IMG/VR virus record: IMGVR_UViG_3300042349_000638
Origin: an uncultured virus (IMG/VR IMGVR_UViG_3300042349_000638)
Taxonomy: Duplodnaviria > Heunggongvirae > Uroviricota > Caudoviricetes
Strand: one strand, 5' to 3'
Length of the DNA: 64,000 nucleotides
The notes under the pieces are model-generated. The model was not told the origin of the DNA. It made no database searches and saw only the letters and a list, made by a program, of their open reading frames with translations. Every line of letters starts with the position of its first letter. The first letter of the stretch is position 1. A program made the position numbers and the translations under genes. This document shows positions 27,563 to 37,579 of the stretch, in pieces.

Positions 27563-30500
27563 TTAGGTCTTAATATACACTGTTTTGACAGCTAACACTG
27601 AAGATCCTCCACCATAACTCTGGTATTTCTGGAGGCTATTATATTTATTAGGATCCCTTGATGGTGTATTAATAACACCTCCACCCTGTTTACCTGTCGT
27701 TTCAACGTGCATGTGAGTTGGGTGTCCATGTCCTCCTGGACCCTCTTTAGGAGCCCCCGCCCCATACATTGCTCCCCAACTATCATGAATTAGCATATTA
27801 ATGTTTTGTCCTTTTCTATTCTCATACAAAGAATTTAAGACAGAACGATATCTTGCTTTAGAATCTTCTAATGATCCCCTAAAGTCAGTAACATCAAGTG
27901 CTCTTCCTTCATAGTGTCCCCTTCCTTTATGAACACTAGAAACTGATCCTTTTCCTGGAGTATATCCAACATGCTTTGTAAAATCTGGATGCTCTGCTAC
28001 TTTGAATCCTTGTTTTAATAAAGATTTTCCAATTTCAACGATTGTTTTTCCACCTGCAGCAGTTTTTCCACCACCAGCACCTCCTCCCATAACAACAATA
28101 TCACCAAGTTGTGGAGCTTTTGCTGCACCTGGATTTTTAGCTCCATAAGCTTTAGCTGCAGGTCCTACAAACCACCCAAAAAAGTTATTGGGTGTATTGG
28201 TTGTTCTCTGAACATCTTCAGCACCTTTTTTATTACCACCTCCCATAAAATCAGTTCTTCCCCCAACAAATTTTCTTGCCTCTTCTTGATATTTTGAATT
28301 TTTTAAAGCAGCTGCTGTTCTTTGCAAATCTCCCTTAGAAATTCCTGTTGCGGCAGAAGCAGTATCAAGATCTTTAATATTATGCCATTCTGGATTTGGA
28401 ACTCCAGTTCTACCTCTTTTTGGATATTTCCAAGTTGGTTCATATTGACCTTGCCTTAGAACTATTTCTTTAATGGTTTTGCCACCATATATTCCAGACG
28501 CAACTCTATTATAAATTGATTGGGCAACGTCAGCAGATCCCTGAGGATCTGCATCCTCCATTCTTGAGATTGCAACTAATGTCCAAAAATCTGCATTTCC
28601 ACCAGTGACAGTTCCACCCTCTCCAGGAGCACCAACATCTAAAGATGCAGATTCATCTTCTTTTCCTTGAGGATCTCCATCTTTTGGGGTTGGTTCTCCT
28701 ATTTCCTTTAAACCAAGTTGTCTTCTAATAATATTTACTGCTTTTGTAACATCTCTTGATGTTGATTGTCTCAAGCTATTTTCAATAGCGTTTCTCATCT
28801 CCTCTGTAGTTACACCTTTATTCTGATCAATTCTTAAATATCTTCCTGCAGTAACACTTTTTACTTCCCCACCTTCTTCCATTCTAGTAATATCTCTAGA
28901 AACATCTGAATATAATCTATTAATAGTTTTTGATCCCTTTAAAACCCCATAAAGATTTATTAAGGAATCAGAAACTTCTTTAAAGAATCCTGTTGTAATG
29001 CTTTGACCTAATGCTAGATCAATGGCAGCTCCCATTATTCTTCCAATAAAAGGAATTTTCTTTAGAGTATATGAAAGTGATAATAATGCATCGAATGGAC
29101 TTTTCTTATTTTGGTCTGGACTCTTAGGAAAAAGTTCTTGAACCTTATTAATTCCTCCAACATCTTTACCAACTTCAACTTTTTGGGGGGATTTAATATT
29201 TCTTCTTTTTTGTAATTTTGCAGTTTGCTCATCATCCTTCTTTAGAGTTCTTCCACCTTCTCCAATAATATTGCCACCATTTGCATGAGCAGCAATCAAT
29301 CCACCATAAACTCTTCCCTGTGTCCCTGCATTATTTTTCTTATTGCCAAAGAAAATATCATAGAGTTTTCCACCTGCCCAGTCTCCAGCAAATCCTCCTA
29401 GAACAGCTCCTATAGGACCACCAAAACCAGTACCAATAGCACCAAGTATAGCAGCACCAATTCCTTTAAATGCTGCTCTTCCTAAAGGTTCTCCCATTGC
29501 GACCGAGAGACCGAAATCAATCAGACCTCCAATCAGAGGTAATCTTTTAACAAAAGGTCTAACAATTTTTAGTGCTGCTTTTGTTCCCCCTTTACCAAGA
29601 AGTGAGACCGCTCCTTTTCTAGCAAAATTTGTCGCTGAAGATCTTCCATACTTTCCGCCAAGAGATCTTACGCCATCTTTTCCAAATTTCTTTATTGCAG
29701 CATCTCTACCATATCTTTCCGCATATTTTCTAGCAGCAGCTGGATCAACTGCTCTAGTTCTTCCTGCTCTTCTACCTGTAATACCTACATCATCACCACC
29801 ACCGCCGCCAGCACCACGACCTCCTCTTCCTCCACGACCTCCTCTTCCTCTACCGCCGCGGCCTCCAAAACCTTTTGATTTTGAGAGTAGTATCGCAAGG
29901 ATAATTGCGCCATTAATAACCTTATTCAACATTCCAGAGAATTGATCAAATATTTTAAGAGATCCTTCGCCACCAACTTTTTTGATAAATCCTCTTATTT
30001 GATCAAATTTTTCATAACTAAAATCGATAAAATTAACTAATCCTTCTACAGTTTTAACAAATACTGTTCCTATAAACTTTCCAATAGAAATTATTGTTTG
30101 AAAAGCTTTATTTGCTTTATCTATATTTTCTTTTGTAAAGAATTTGAAAAATAAATTTCCAGCAATTGTCCAGAAAAAGAAGTTTAGAATTTTATCTAAG
30201 AAACTTGGTTTAGGTATAGAAATTCCACTTCCCTTTCCTTCTTGTTGTTCTTTTTTAGTTTGTTTTTCAAGATCATCTTCTCTTGTTTTTCTTCTCTTAA
30301 CTTTAGATTGTTTATCTTTTTCCGATAAGATTTTACTGTTTGTATCTATAATCTTTTTGAATGTTTTATCAATAAACTTAACGCTCTTGTCAATCGCCTT
30401 TAAGTTTGGAATTAATTTATCAAAATTAAAAGACTCTTTTGATTTTTGATTACGTAGTTTTATTGTTTTTTGTTTTACAACCAGAGGTGATTTTCTAACA

Positions 30501-30586
30501 ATGGCACTAGCACTACTTCTGTTTGCTAAAACAATACCACCACCTTTATCTGTAGATCCGAATAGTTTTTGAGAAGAGATTGCCAT
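27563..30586 (-). CDS. Tape-measure-like tail protein with cell-wall hydrolase domains
   Basis: Lys-rich helical N-terminus and amphipathic/Gly-Ala segments. Then a SleB/Hydrolase_2-like block (LVAISRME...VAQSIYNRV...QYEP) and a C-terminal H-x6-D...H-x-H block (HYEGRALD...HMHVE). Confidence 0.6.
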   Translation of the reverse strand: MAISSQKLFGSTDKGGGIVLANRSSASAIVRKSPLVVKQKTIKLRNQKSKESFNFDKLIPNLKAIDKSVKFIDKTFKKIIDTNSKILSEKDKQSKVKRRKTREDDLEKQTKKEQQEGKGSGISIPKPSFLDKILNFFFWTIAGNLFFKFFTKENIDKANKAFQTIISIGKFIGTVFVKTVEGLVNFIDFSYEKFDQIRGFIKKVGGEGSLKIFDQFSGMLNKVINGAIILAILLSKSKGFGGRGGRGRGGRGGRGGRGAGGGGGDDVGITGRRAGRTRAVDPAAARKYAERYGRDAAIKKFGKDGVRSLGGKYGRSSATNFARKGAVSLLGKGGTKAALKIVRPFVKRLPLIGGLIDFGLSVAMGEPLGRAAFKGIGAAILGAIGTGFGGPIGAVLGGFAGDWAGGKLYDIFFGNKKNNAGTQGRVYGGLIAAHANGGNIIGEGGRTLKKDDEQTAKLQKRRNIKSPQKVEVGKDVGGINKVQELFPKSPDQNKKSPFDALLSLSYTLKKIPFIGRIMGAAIDLALGQSITTGFFKEVSDSLINLYGVLKGSKTINRLYSDVSRDITRMEEGGEVKSVTAGRYLRIDQNKGVTTEEMRNAIENSLRQSTSRDVTKAVNIIRRQLGLKEIGEPTPKDGDPQGKEDESASLDVGAPGEGGTVTGGNADFWTLVAISRMEDADPQGSADVAQSIYNRVASGIYGGKTIKEIVLRQGQYEPTWKYPKRGRTGVPNPEWHNIKDLDTASAATGISKGDLQRTAAALKNSKYQEEARKFVGGRTDFMGGGNKKGAEDVQRTTNTPNNFFGWFVGPAAKAYGAKNPGAAKAPQLGDIVVMGGGAGGGKTAAGGKTIVEIGKSLLKQGFKVAEHPDFTKHVGYTPGKGSVSSVHKGRGHYEGRALDVTDFRGSLEDSKARYRSVLNSLYENRKGQNINMLIHDSWGAMYGAGAPKEGPGGHGHPTHMHVETTGKQGGGVINTPSRDPNKYNSLQKYQSYGGGSSVLAVKTVYIKT

Positions 30587-30590
30587 GATA

Positions 30591-33356
30591 TTATCCTGCT
30601 GCTCCTATCCCATAATATTTTTGTTTAATTTGCTCTCTATGATCCATTCCAAATGGACTATTAGTACTTAAGTTTTCAGATTTTGTTCCTGGAGATGGAG
30701 TCGGTGCTTTTGGTCTCATATCAAGAACTTCTGGGGGAAGATTCATCATTTTAACACCAGATCCTGTTGGTAGCGGATTTATTCCTCCATACTTTCCACT
30801 TTTCCAAGCATTTGAATTGGGATCTAAACGTGCATTTATTGATTCAACTGCATCAACCCCACCCTTGTCAACTGCATCTTTAGTTAAAGCAACAAGTTTT
30901 TCTCCAGGTTGAACTCTTATACCTCCCCCACCAGCAAACGGTAAAAATTGTCTATCCGCACCTTCTCCAGGAATATTATAACCAGTGTTTTCATTTATAT
31001 CTATAATTCCTCCACCTTGTTTTTTTGAACTTCTACCTCCTCCCATACCACCACCAGCTGGTTTGTATGCAGGTTTTGCCGCAGGTTTAGGTGGATTTGC
31101 TTTTCTCTTATCCGCTGCTGCTTTCGCAGCATTATAGTCTTTATAATATTTACCATCAGAAGATGAATAATATCTTCCAATTGCTGCAGCCCCTGCTTGT
31201 TTTGCTCTTGCTTCTGATGCTTTTTGTTGAGCATCTAATCTTCTATTTGCTTCTGGACCACCAAAAGCTCTTTGACTCCATCTTCCCATTTGTCCAAAAA
31301 ATCCACCTCTCTTATTGTATTCTTCTCCTCTAGCCCTATTCTCTTCAGAAAATCTTCTTGGCATCATATCTGGACCAACATCACTCCAAGTCAATCTATT
31401 CAATCTCTGCTGAGATTCCAAAGAGGTTAATCTAGATTTTCTAGCAGCCGCTGCGTCATTATAATTTCCATATGTCTTTTGATCAGATGATGAATAATAT
31501 TTACCCTTTGATTCTGCGTAATCCATTCTCGCAGAATTTCTAGGTCCGCCAAATAATCCTCCTGGTTTTAAGAATCCTCCTCCACTCTTATCTCTGTGAT
31601 CTTGAGCAACATAGATAACCTTATCTCCTTGTTTCATTCCATAGTATATTTTTCCAGCAAGAGTTATTTGCTTTTCATAAGATCCTCCAGGTGGAAGTTT
31701 TACCTTAACAGCATCTCTTCCTTTATACTTTGCTCCATATCCTGTGCCTATATTAGTTCCGAGTTGTGCTCCTTTAATATTAATTCCAGTACCAGATGCA
31801 AGTGCTTTTTGCACTTGTAATTGAGATTCTATTCTTTTTACTCTCTGCTCTATTGTTCTGTCTATAGTTGCAGCAGCAGATCTTGGTCCACCAGAATATG
31901 TCCTTCTAGATTCTGGAGCACCAGATCTTAAACTAACTCCAGTTTCTGGAGATTGATTCATTCCCCCAACTACTCCACCTTCATGAAACGCCTGGAGTAT
32001 TCCGCCAAATCTAGCAGCTCTTATGTTACCTGCATATTTTGGTTTATTTGCATTTGGTCCTCCATGCTGAGAGTTTAATGCGAGTAAATTCTTAGCACCC
32101 ACTGCATCAACAGTCTTCTTATTAATTACAACCTCTCCAGGTTGAGCTGCGATTAATTGAGTATCTGGACCAGCGCCAGTAATTCTAACCCCACTATTAT
32201 TTTTTACTCTACCTCCTTTTTTAAAGGAAATATCTTTTGATCCTATGAGACCACCACTTGCATATGATTTTGTTTCTCCAGTCTCAAGTCGATGAATCTG
32301 CTCATCAATTTCAGACCCCATTCCCTGAACATTTTTTTGGAACCAATTGAGATTTTCTTTTTGCTTCTTTAACTTCTCAATCTTTTCTTCAGGAGTGCCA
32401 GGTGCTTCTTCTGTTTTTCTTTCTTGCTCATCTACTGTTTTGGGGAAGAGCATTGGTATCACTGCCCCTGCACTGAATAAAGCAATTGCGGCAGTTAAAG
32501 CAGGATTAATCCTTGCTAACATAAACAGTCCTCTTATTAGAGTACCTGTAATAGTTGCGATAAATCCCCCTAAAGGTGTGGCAAATGCCAAGAATCCAGT
32601 CAATATTGCAGGCCACCAATCCTTTAAGAATCTAAAAATACTTCCTACTTTCTTTTGATTCTTTGGATCATTAAACCAATCCAACAATTTAAAGAAAGTA
32701 TTTCCAAGAAGAGTCCAAAATATAAACTTAAAGATCTTATCAAAGATACTTTCGAATGGTTTTACAACCGCACTCACCATACTCTTAAGAACTTCACCCC
32801 CGCGGGATTCCATTCCCTGTTCTTTTTCAGATCTTCTCTCATTTTCAGCACGTCTCTTATCCGCCAGTAAACCTTTATCCAAAAGTTTACTGAGAGTTTT
32901 TACTGACTGAGCAATAGAGTCTACTGACTTGCGTATAGAAGAAACTAATTTTTCAAGAGAATCTTTAGAATCTTTTTTAGGTTCTTGTTTTTTTGGTTCT
33001 TCTTTTTTATCTTCTTCCTTTTCTTTCTTAACAGCAGTTCCTGGAAGCAATTTTGGAGTATTTGGTACTTTCTTTTCTTTTAATATATTAAGATTAGTTA
33101 CAGACTTTGCACTAATCTTTTTACTCTTTGCTTTAAATCTTCCAGACTTTCCTTTTACTTTTTTAAATTCGTCTCTTAATAATTCAATCTCTTCAGTTGG
33201 GATCTTTTGTTTACCTATGACACCATATTTTACTAATGCCTCTTTGAGCAGAGTAGCATAGGTGTCATAGTCTAAGTCAAATACATCCTCAAGACCAAGC
33301 AGCCTAAGAATTCTTTCATCTATAGATTCTGTTTTTGAAGTCTTAGAGGCTGGCAT
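30591..33356 (-). CDS. Tape-measure-like tail/baseplate protein
   Basis: 921 aa, helical and basic, with FDKIFKFIFWTLLG similar to LDKILNFFFWTIAG of the neighbour, and a QPGEVVIN motif. Directly downstream of gp26/gp51. Confidence 0.55.
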   Translation of the reverse strand: MPASKTSKTESIDERILRLLGLEDVFDLDYDTYATLLKEALVKYGVIGKQKIPTEEIELLRDEFKKVKGKSGRFKAKSKKISAKSVTNLNILKEKKVPNTPKLLPGTAVKKEKEEDKKEEPKKQEPKKDSKDSLEKLVSSIRKSVDSIAQSVKTLSKLLDKGLLADKRRAENERRSEKEQGMESRGGEVLKSMVSAVVKPFESIFDKIFKFIFWTLLGNTFFKLLDWFNDPKNQKKVGSIFRFLKDWWPAILTGFLAFATPLGGFIATITGTLIRGLFMLARINPALTAAIALFSAGAVIPMLFPKTVDEQERKTEEAPGTPEEKIEKLKKQKENLNWFQKNVQGMGSEIDEQIHRLETGETKSYASGGLIGSKDISFKKGGRVKNNSGVRITGAGPDTQLIAAQPGEVVINKKTVDAVGAKNLLALNSQHGGPNANKPKYAGNIRAARFGGILQAFHEGGVVGGMNQSPETGVSLRSGAPESRRTYSGGPRSAAATIDRTIEQRVKRIESQLQVQKALASGTGINIKGAQLGTNIGTGYGAKYKGRDAVKVKLPPGGSYEKQITLAGKIYYGMKQGDKVIYVAQDHRDKSGGGFLKPGGLFGGPRNSARMDYAESKGKYYSSSDQKTYGNYNDAAAARKSRLTSLESQQRLNRLTWSDVGPDMMPRRFSEENRARGEEYNKRGGFFGQMGRWSQRAFGGPEANRRLDAQQKASEARAKQAGAAAIGRYYSSSDGKYYKDYNAAKAAADKRKANPPKPAAKPAYKPAGGGMGGGRSSKKQGGGIIDINENTGYNIPGEGADRQFLPFAGGGGIRVQPGEKLVALTKDAVDKGGVDAVESINARLDPNSNAWKSGKYGGINPLPTGSGVKMMNLPPEVLDMRPKAPTPSPGTKSENLSTNSPFGMDHREQIKQKYYGIGAAG

Positions 33357-33525
33357 TTGCGGACTGTTGTTTTCTTTCTTCTTCGTCTATATGCTGCTTG
33401 AGTAACTCAACATAAATGTCTCTTTCCCAAGGAATCAAATTTTCAATCTCAGTTAATGAATATTTATGATACTGCATTAGAGAAAAATTAAGTTTAAAAT
33501 AATTCTCAAGATCCATATGAGACAT
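33343..33525 (-). CDS. gp51: Baseplate hub assembly catalyst gp51-like (possibly the frameshift extension of gp26)
   Basis: NF-x-LMQYHKYSL-x-EIENLIPWERDIY motif. In the -1 frame relative to gp26. Confidence 0.8.
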   Translation of the reverse strand: MSHMDLENYFKLNFSLMQYHKYSLTEIENLIPWERDIYVELLKQHIDEEERKQQSANASL

Positions 33526-33527
33526 TG

Positions 33528-34247
33528 CTATGCGAAAAAACTTGAGAGTCCCTCCAGCGTTACTTCGCTTTCAACTTTTGTATTTGGATTCTTTACCTTG
33601 ACCTTGTGAGATAATTTTGGCATCGTATCAAAGAACTTTTCAACTTCTTTAAATTGACTTGAGTTCATTTGGTCCATAAAGTCAACTAGTTCTTTCTTAG
33701 TTACATCTGAAGAAGTCCAAACTTCATCTTCTGTAAAAACTTTATCAATACAATCCGCCACAAGTTCAAAAGATTTTTCCATAGTATCTCCAGCAGATGA
33801 ATCAAAATTACTCTTGATAAATTGCTCAAGTGATGGATATCTCATTTCCATCGTAATCTTATCATCAATTTTAATTTGTTTATTATGTTCTGGATCTTTA
33901 ACGACCTTAATATCATCAATATTAATTTTAACTGGAACTGAAGTATCCTCATCATCTGGACAGATGATTCCAACTTCAATATCCTCACCAACTGATTTTC
34001 CTCTAATGTTCAAAAACAAATACTCAATATCAAAAGTGGGTAAAGATTCTACTTTGATATTTTTTGTTTCTATGCAACTTTTAATTACAGTTTTAATTGC
34101 ATTTGTAATTTGTTTTGTATCTTCACTCTCAAGTGCGATTACGAGAAGTTTTTCTTCTCTAACAAGGAATGGTCGGTATTTAATCGTTTCCCCAGTTGAG
34201 GGAAGTTCCAACTCATATGTTGGCGTAGAAATCTTAGGTAAAGGCAT
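33528..34247 (-). CDS. gp26: Baseplate hub subunit/assembly protein gp26
   Basis: MPLPKI-x-TPTYELELPS...YRPFLVREEK...FDIEYLFLNIRGKSVGE...LEGLSSFF. Confidence 0.9.
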   Translation of the reverse strand: MPLPKISTPTYELELPSTGETIKYRPFLVREEKLLVIALESEDTKQITNAIKTVIKSCIETKNIKVESLPTFDIEYLFLNIRGKSVGEDIEVGIICPDDEDTSVPVKINIDDIKVVKDPEHNKQIKIDDKITMEMRYPSLEQFIKSNFDSSAGDTMEKSFELVADCIDKVFTEDEVWTSSDVTKKELVDFMDQMNSSQFKEVEKFFDTMPKLSHKVKVKNPNTKVESEVTLEGLSSFFA

Positions 34248-34284
34248 AATCTCCTAAACAATTCATATGGATTATTTATTAGGG

Positions 34285-35379
34285 TTATGCAATGTTCATT
34301 GATCCAGGTGTTTGCTGGAAATCTCCTACAGAACCAGAAAATGGTTTTGTACTTCCTGTAGGTTGTCCCAAATTCAGATCATACGCACCAGTATTATCAA
34401 CGCCAAATTGTGGGTTTTGGAATTCTTCTGCTCTACCATATGCCTGCTGCATTTCATTTCCAGTAATTTTAAATTCTGGACTACCTGGATTTTTAGGATC
34501 GGGAGATGCTGTATCTTTAGCTGTTGGGTTTACCCTAGCAAAGTATCTAGAAAAACTAAAAGAAACAGTACACTTAAGTAATTGAGATTGATCATAAGTC
34601 ACTGGCATTGAATTAATAGCAATTGGAAATGCCTCTAAAAAGACATATTCAAGAGGAGGAGTAACATCTGGTCTTCCTGTGTTTTTTTCAAACTTGGTAA
34701 TAATTAAAGTATCTGTTTTATATTTTACAGGATAGTTCATTCTATAATAATAATTATTATCAGTAAATCCTTTTGCCTGCTGTTCATTGACAATATATGT
34801 TATCCAACCTTCAAAGAATCTAATAACTGTATATCTAGTATCTACATAAAATGTAAAATCAGCTCTATCGTCATAAAGTCTTCTATATGCCATCTTCTGT
34901 GATACACCATGATAATCATTATTGACATCATGAGTGGCAAGTGTTGATCCAGGCAATGATGCTTCACTGCATGAAATTTCAATTAGATCAGAATTTATGG
35001 AGTTATAAGGAGCTCCTGCATACTGAGGTTCTTTTTGTTTCTGCCAAGAATCGACAGGAGCAGGTGGTTGAAATTTACATATAAAGTGAGATGTTGTTGC
35101 TGGTTGTAAAATCTGAGTTTTAATATCTGCAATACTTCTTGGTCTAGTTGATGCACCTTTACCTGGACCATTTCCTGATGGACCAGGATTTGTTGTTGAT
35201 CCGTCTCCAGTTTGACTTGTAGGCGTTAAATTTAATCCAGAAGAATATGCTTGCTGAGTATTTACACTTGTTGTGCTTGGAAGTGTTGCTGTTGAATTAA
35301 TTGGCGCAGCACTCGAAGTAAAATCCGTTCCACCACCAAACGCAAGAGCAGTATTATTTGAAGATGCTTTTAAAGCCAT
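34285..35379 (-). CDS. Tail-tube-fold protein (gp19/gp54-like baseplate-tube initiator)
   Basis: CSEASLPG...FTFYVD...FFEGW...AFPIAINSMPVTY...LLKCTVSFSF is a tail-tube-like pattern. Low-complexity termini. Confidence 0.7.
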   Translation of the reverse strand: MALKASSNNTALAFGGGTDFTSSAAPINSTATLPSTTSVNTQQAYSSGLNLTPTSQTGDGSTTNPGPSGNGPGKGASTRPRSIADIKTQILQPATTSHFICKFQPPAPVDSWQKQKEPQYAGAPYNSINSDLIEISCSEASLPGSTLATHDVNNDYHGVSQKMAYRRLYDDRADFTFYVDTRYTVIRFFEGWITYIVNEQQAKGFTDNNYYYRMNYPVKYKTDTLIITKFEKNTGRPDVTPPLEYVFLEAFPIAINSMPVTYDQSQLLKCTVSFSFSRYFARVNPTAKDTASPDPKNPGSPEFKITGNEMQQAYGRAEEFQNPQFGVDNTGAYDLNLGQPTGSTKPFSGSVGDFQQTPGSMNIA

Positions 35380-35380
35380 C

Positions 35381-35388
35381 TATAAATA
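35381..35388 (+). promoter_or_regulatory. T4-type late promoter for the gp4-gp53 block
   Basis: Exact TATAAATA 36 nt upstream of the gp4 start. Confidence 0.75.
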
Positions 35389-35424
35389 TTCCTAGTTTAT
35401 ATAATATGTATAAGAGATTTTGTA

Positions 35425-35877
35425 ATGCCAAAAGATAGTAAGTATCATCAGGGCAAGTTTAGACCACAAAATCCTGAGAAGTATGTTGGAAATCCAAACA
35501 ATATAATCTATAGATCTAGTTGGGAATTAAAGTTTTTAAGGTGGTGTGATAGAAATCCCAGTATTTTAAAATATGGTTCTGAAGAAATTTCAATTCCTTA
35601 TTATGATCCAGTAACAAAAAAAGTGAGAAGATATTTTCCAGATGCTTTTGTCGAAATTGTACATAAAGATGGAAGAAAGTGCAAATATTTAATTGAGATA
35701 AAACCAAAAAAACAAACAATGCCTCCCCAGAAAAAGTCACAAAAAAATAAAACATACATTAATGAAATATATACCTATGTGACAAATGAAGCAAAGTGGA
35801 AAGCTGCACAAGAATTTTGCAAAGATAATTTACTTGAGTTTAAAATAATAACAGAAGATGAATTGGGTATTATATAA
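35425..35877 (+). CDS. gp4: Head completion protein gp4
   Basis: GKFRPQNPEKY...IYRSSWE...SEEISIPY...RYFPD...IEIKP...NEAKWKAA (TnsA-like nuclease fold). Confidence 0.92.
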   Translation: MPKDSKYHQGKFRPQNPEKYVGNPNNIIYRSSWELKFLRWCDRNPSILKYGSEEISIPYYDPVTKKVRRYFPDAFVEIVHKDGRKCKYLIEIKPKKQTMPPQKKSQKNKTYINEIYTYVTNEAKWKAAQEFCKDNLLEFKIITEDELGII

Positions 35878-36227
35878 TGGCACGTAATAGAATAAGTTCA
35901 ATTAAAAAGAATTTAGATTCATTTAGCACAAAGGATGAATTAAGAAAAGAAATTCTAAATTCATTAAGTGAAACTCATGCCTTACCAGAAATTGGAAACT
36001 TCTATACTTTTTTACATATTCCAGAAAAGAAAATAATATATGATCAATATCCTCTTGTCGCAACAATTAAATTGCAAGAATGGGGATTTGAAGGATTAAA
36101 TTTTCATTCAAAAAATTATAAAAGTTATAAATGGAAGTCTATAAAGAGTAAATATCATTTGATAAGGAATAATGAAATTGATGATCTGTTAGAACTAGAA
36201 TATGGAAAACATCGTCTAAATAGATAA
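35877..36227 (+). CDS. gp2: DNA end protector gp2-like
   Basis: G-x-FYTF...YDQYPLV...GF-x-GLNFH motif. Coupled to gp4. Confidence 0.7.
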   Translation: MARNRISSIKKNLDSFSTKDELRKEILNSLSETHALPEIGNFYTFLHIPEKKIIYDQYPLVATIKLQEWGFEGLNFHSKNYKSYKWKSIKSKYHLIRNNEIDDLLELEYGKHRLNR

Positions 36228-36253
36228 AGCAATTTCCTGTCTCCAAATAATTC

Positions 36254-37555
36254 ATGGCTGGATTAGTTAACGGTCAATTTACAACAAAATCAATACCAAA
36301 AACAATTGTAGATAAAAGTGCTACTACAGGAACTAGATCTGTTTCGTATTCATATGGAACAGCTGTAAATCAGACTGATTTTAACAATAAAGTTTTGACT
36401 GGAGCAAATCCTAATCAAACAGCTATTGATGTTTATGCAACAACTGGCACAGGAAGAGCGGCACAAAGTCTTGGAAAAGTCGGAACAACAACAGTAGCAG
36501 CAAACGGATCTACTCAGTTTGCTCCAAGTGGAAATTTTAATAAATTACCAGAAGCAGTAAGAAACGATATTTCAAGCACTGCAGGACAAACTGCAGCTAA
36601 GAATGCTATCAATGGGGCTGCGGCTGATGCAAAACTTCAAAACAATTTAACAAGTAAAGCAGGATCGGCGCCTGGTTCTGCTGCTCCTGCTGCAGCTGCA
36701 GGAGCTGCTGGTGCCGCTCCAGGCGTAGCGCCTGCATCTGCAGCAAATTTGCCAGGAACTGGATTTGGTGCAGAAACTGCAAGTGGAGGTGGAGGAAGAT
36801 ATCCGCTAAGAATGAAAGATGATCAAGATTATGTAATGTTTAAAAGTGAGAAGGGTGGATCCGTAGTAATAGGTATTCAACCAACTATTCAAGATTCAAA
36901 TAGACAAAACTGGGGAGAAAGTCAATTAAATCCTTTTCAACTTGCAGGTCTTAAATCTGCAAGTAGATTAGTTGGAGCGGAAGATTATGCTAAGCAAGCT
37001 GGAGAGGAAGTTACTAAATTAATGGATGCATTTAAAGCAGCAACTGGAGACCCTATGATGAAGCAAGCTGCACAAACATTTTTTGCTGCACAGGCAATGA
37101 GTATGGATACAAATCAATTACTTGCTCGTAGTGATGTTGGTATGGGAGTTATTATGAACCCCAACTTAGAATTAGTTTATACTGGACCATCTCTAAGAAC
37201 ATTTTCTTATACGTTCAAGATGACTCCAAGAGAAGCAGATGAATCTAAAGCAATAAGAAATATTATAAACTTCTTTAAATCAAATATGGCTCCTAGAGCA
37301 TCTCAAATGTTCTTCAAAAGACCTTATTATTTTGATATTATATACAAGGGAAAAGGTGCAACAAGTCTTAATTTAATAAAAGAAAGATGTGCTTTACTAG
37401 AATGTAGCGTAAATTACACTCCAGATGGATCTTATATGACTTACGAAGAAGATGGGTCAATGACATCTTTTCAAGTTACTTTGCAATTCTCAGAGACATC
37501 TCCATTAACAGATAAAGATTATGAAGGTGTAAATGATGGACAAATTTTCTATTAA
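36254..37555 (+). CDS. gp48: Baseplate tail-tube cap gp48
   Basis: NPNLEL-x-Y-x-GPSLRTFSYTFKMTPRE...VNYTPDG...LQFSE. Ala-rich N-terminal extension. Confidence 0.85.
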   Translation: MAGLVNGQFTTKSIPKTIVDKSATTGTRSVSYSYGTAVNQTDFNNKVLTGANPNQTAIDVYATTGTGRAAQSLGKVGTTTVAANGSTQFAPSGNFNKLPEAVRNDISSTAGQTAAKNAINGAAADAKLQNNLTSKAGSAPGSAAPAAAAGAAGAAPGVAPASAANLPGTGFGAETASGGGGRYPLRMKDDQDYVMFKSEKGGSVVIGIQPTIQDSNRQNWGESQLNPFQLAGLKSASRLVGAEDYAKQAGEEVTKLMDAFKAATGDPMMKQAAQTFFAAQAMSMDTNQLLARSDVGMGVIMNPNLELVYTGPSLRTFSYTFKMTPREADESKAIRNIINFFKSNMAPRASQMFFKRPYYFDIIYKGKGATSLNLIKERCALLECSVNYTPDGSYMTYEEDGSMTSFQVTLQFSETSPLTDKDYEGVNDGQIFY

Positions 37556-37579
37556 TACTAAACTAATCAATTAACTAAA

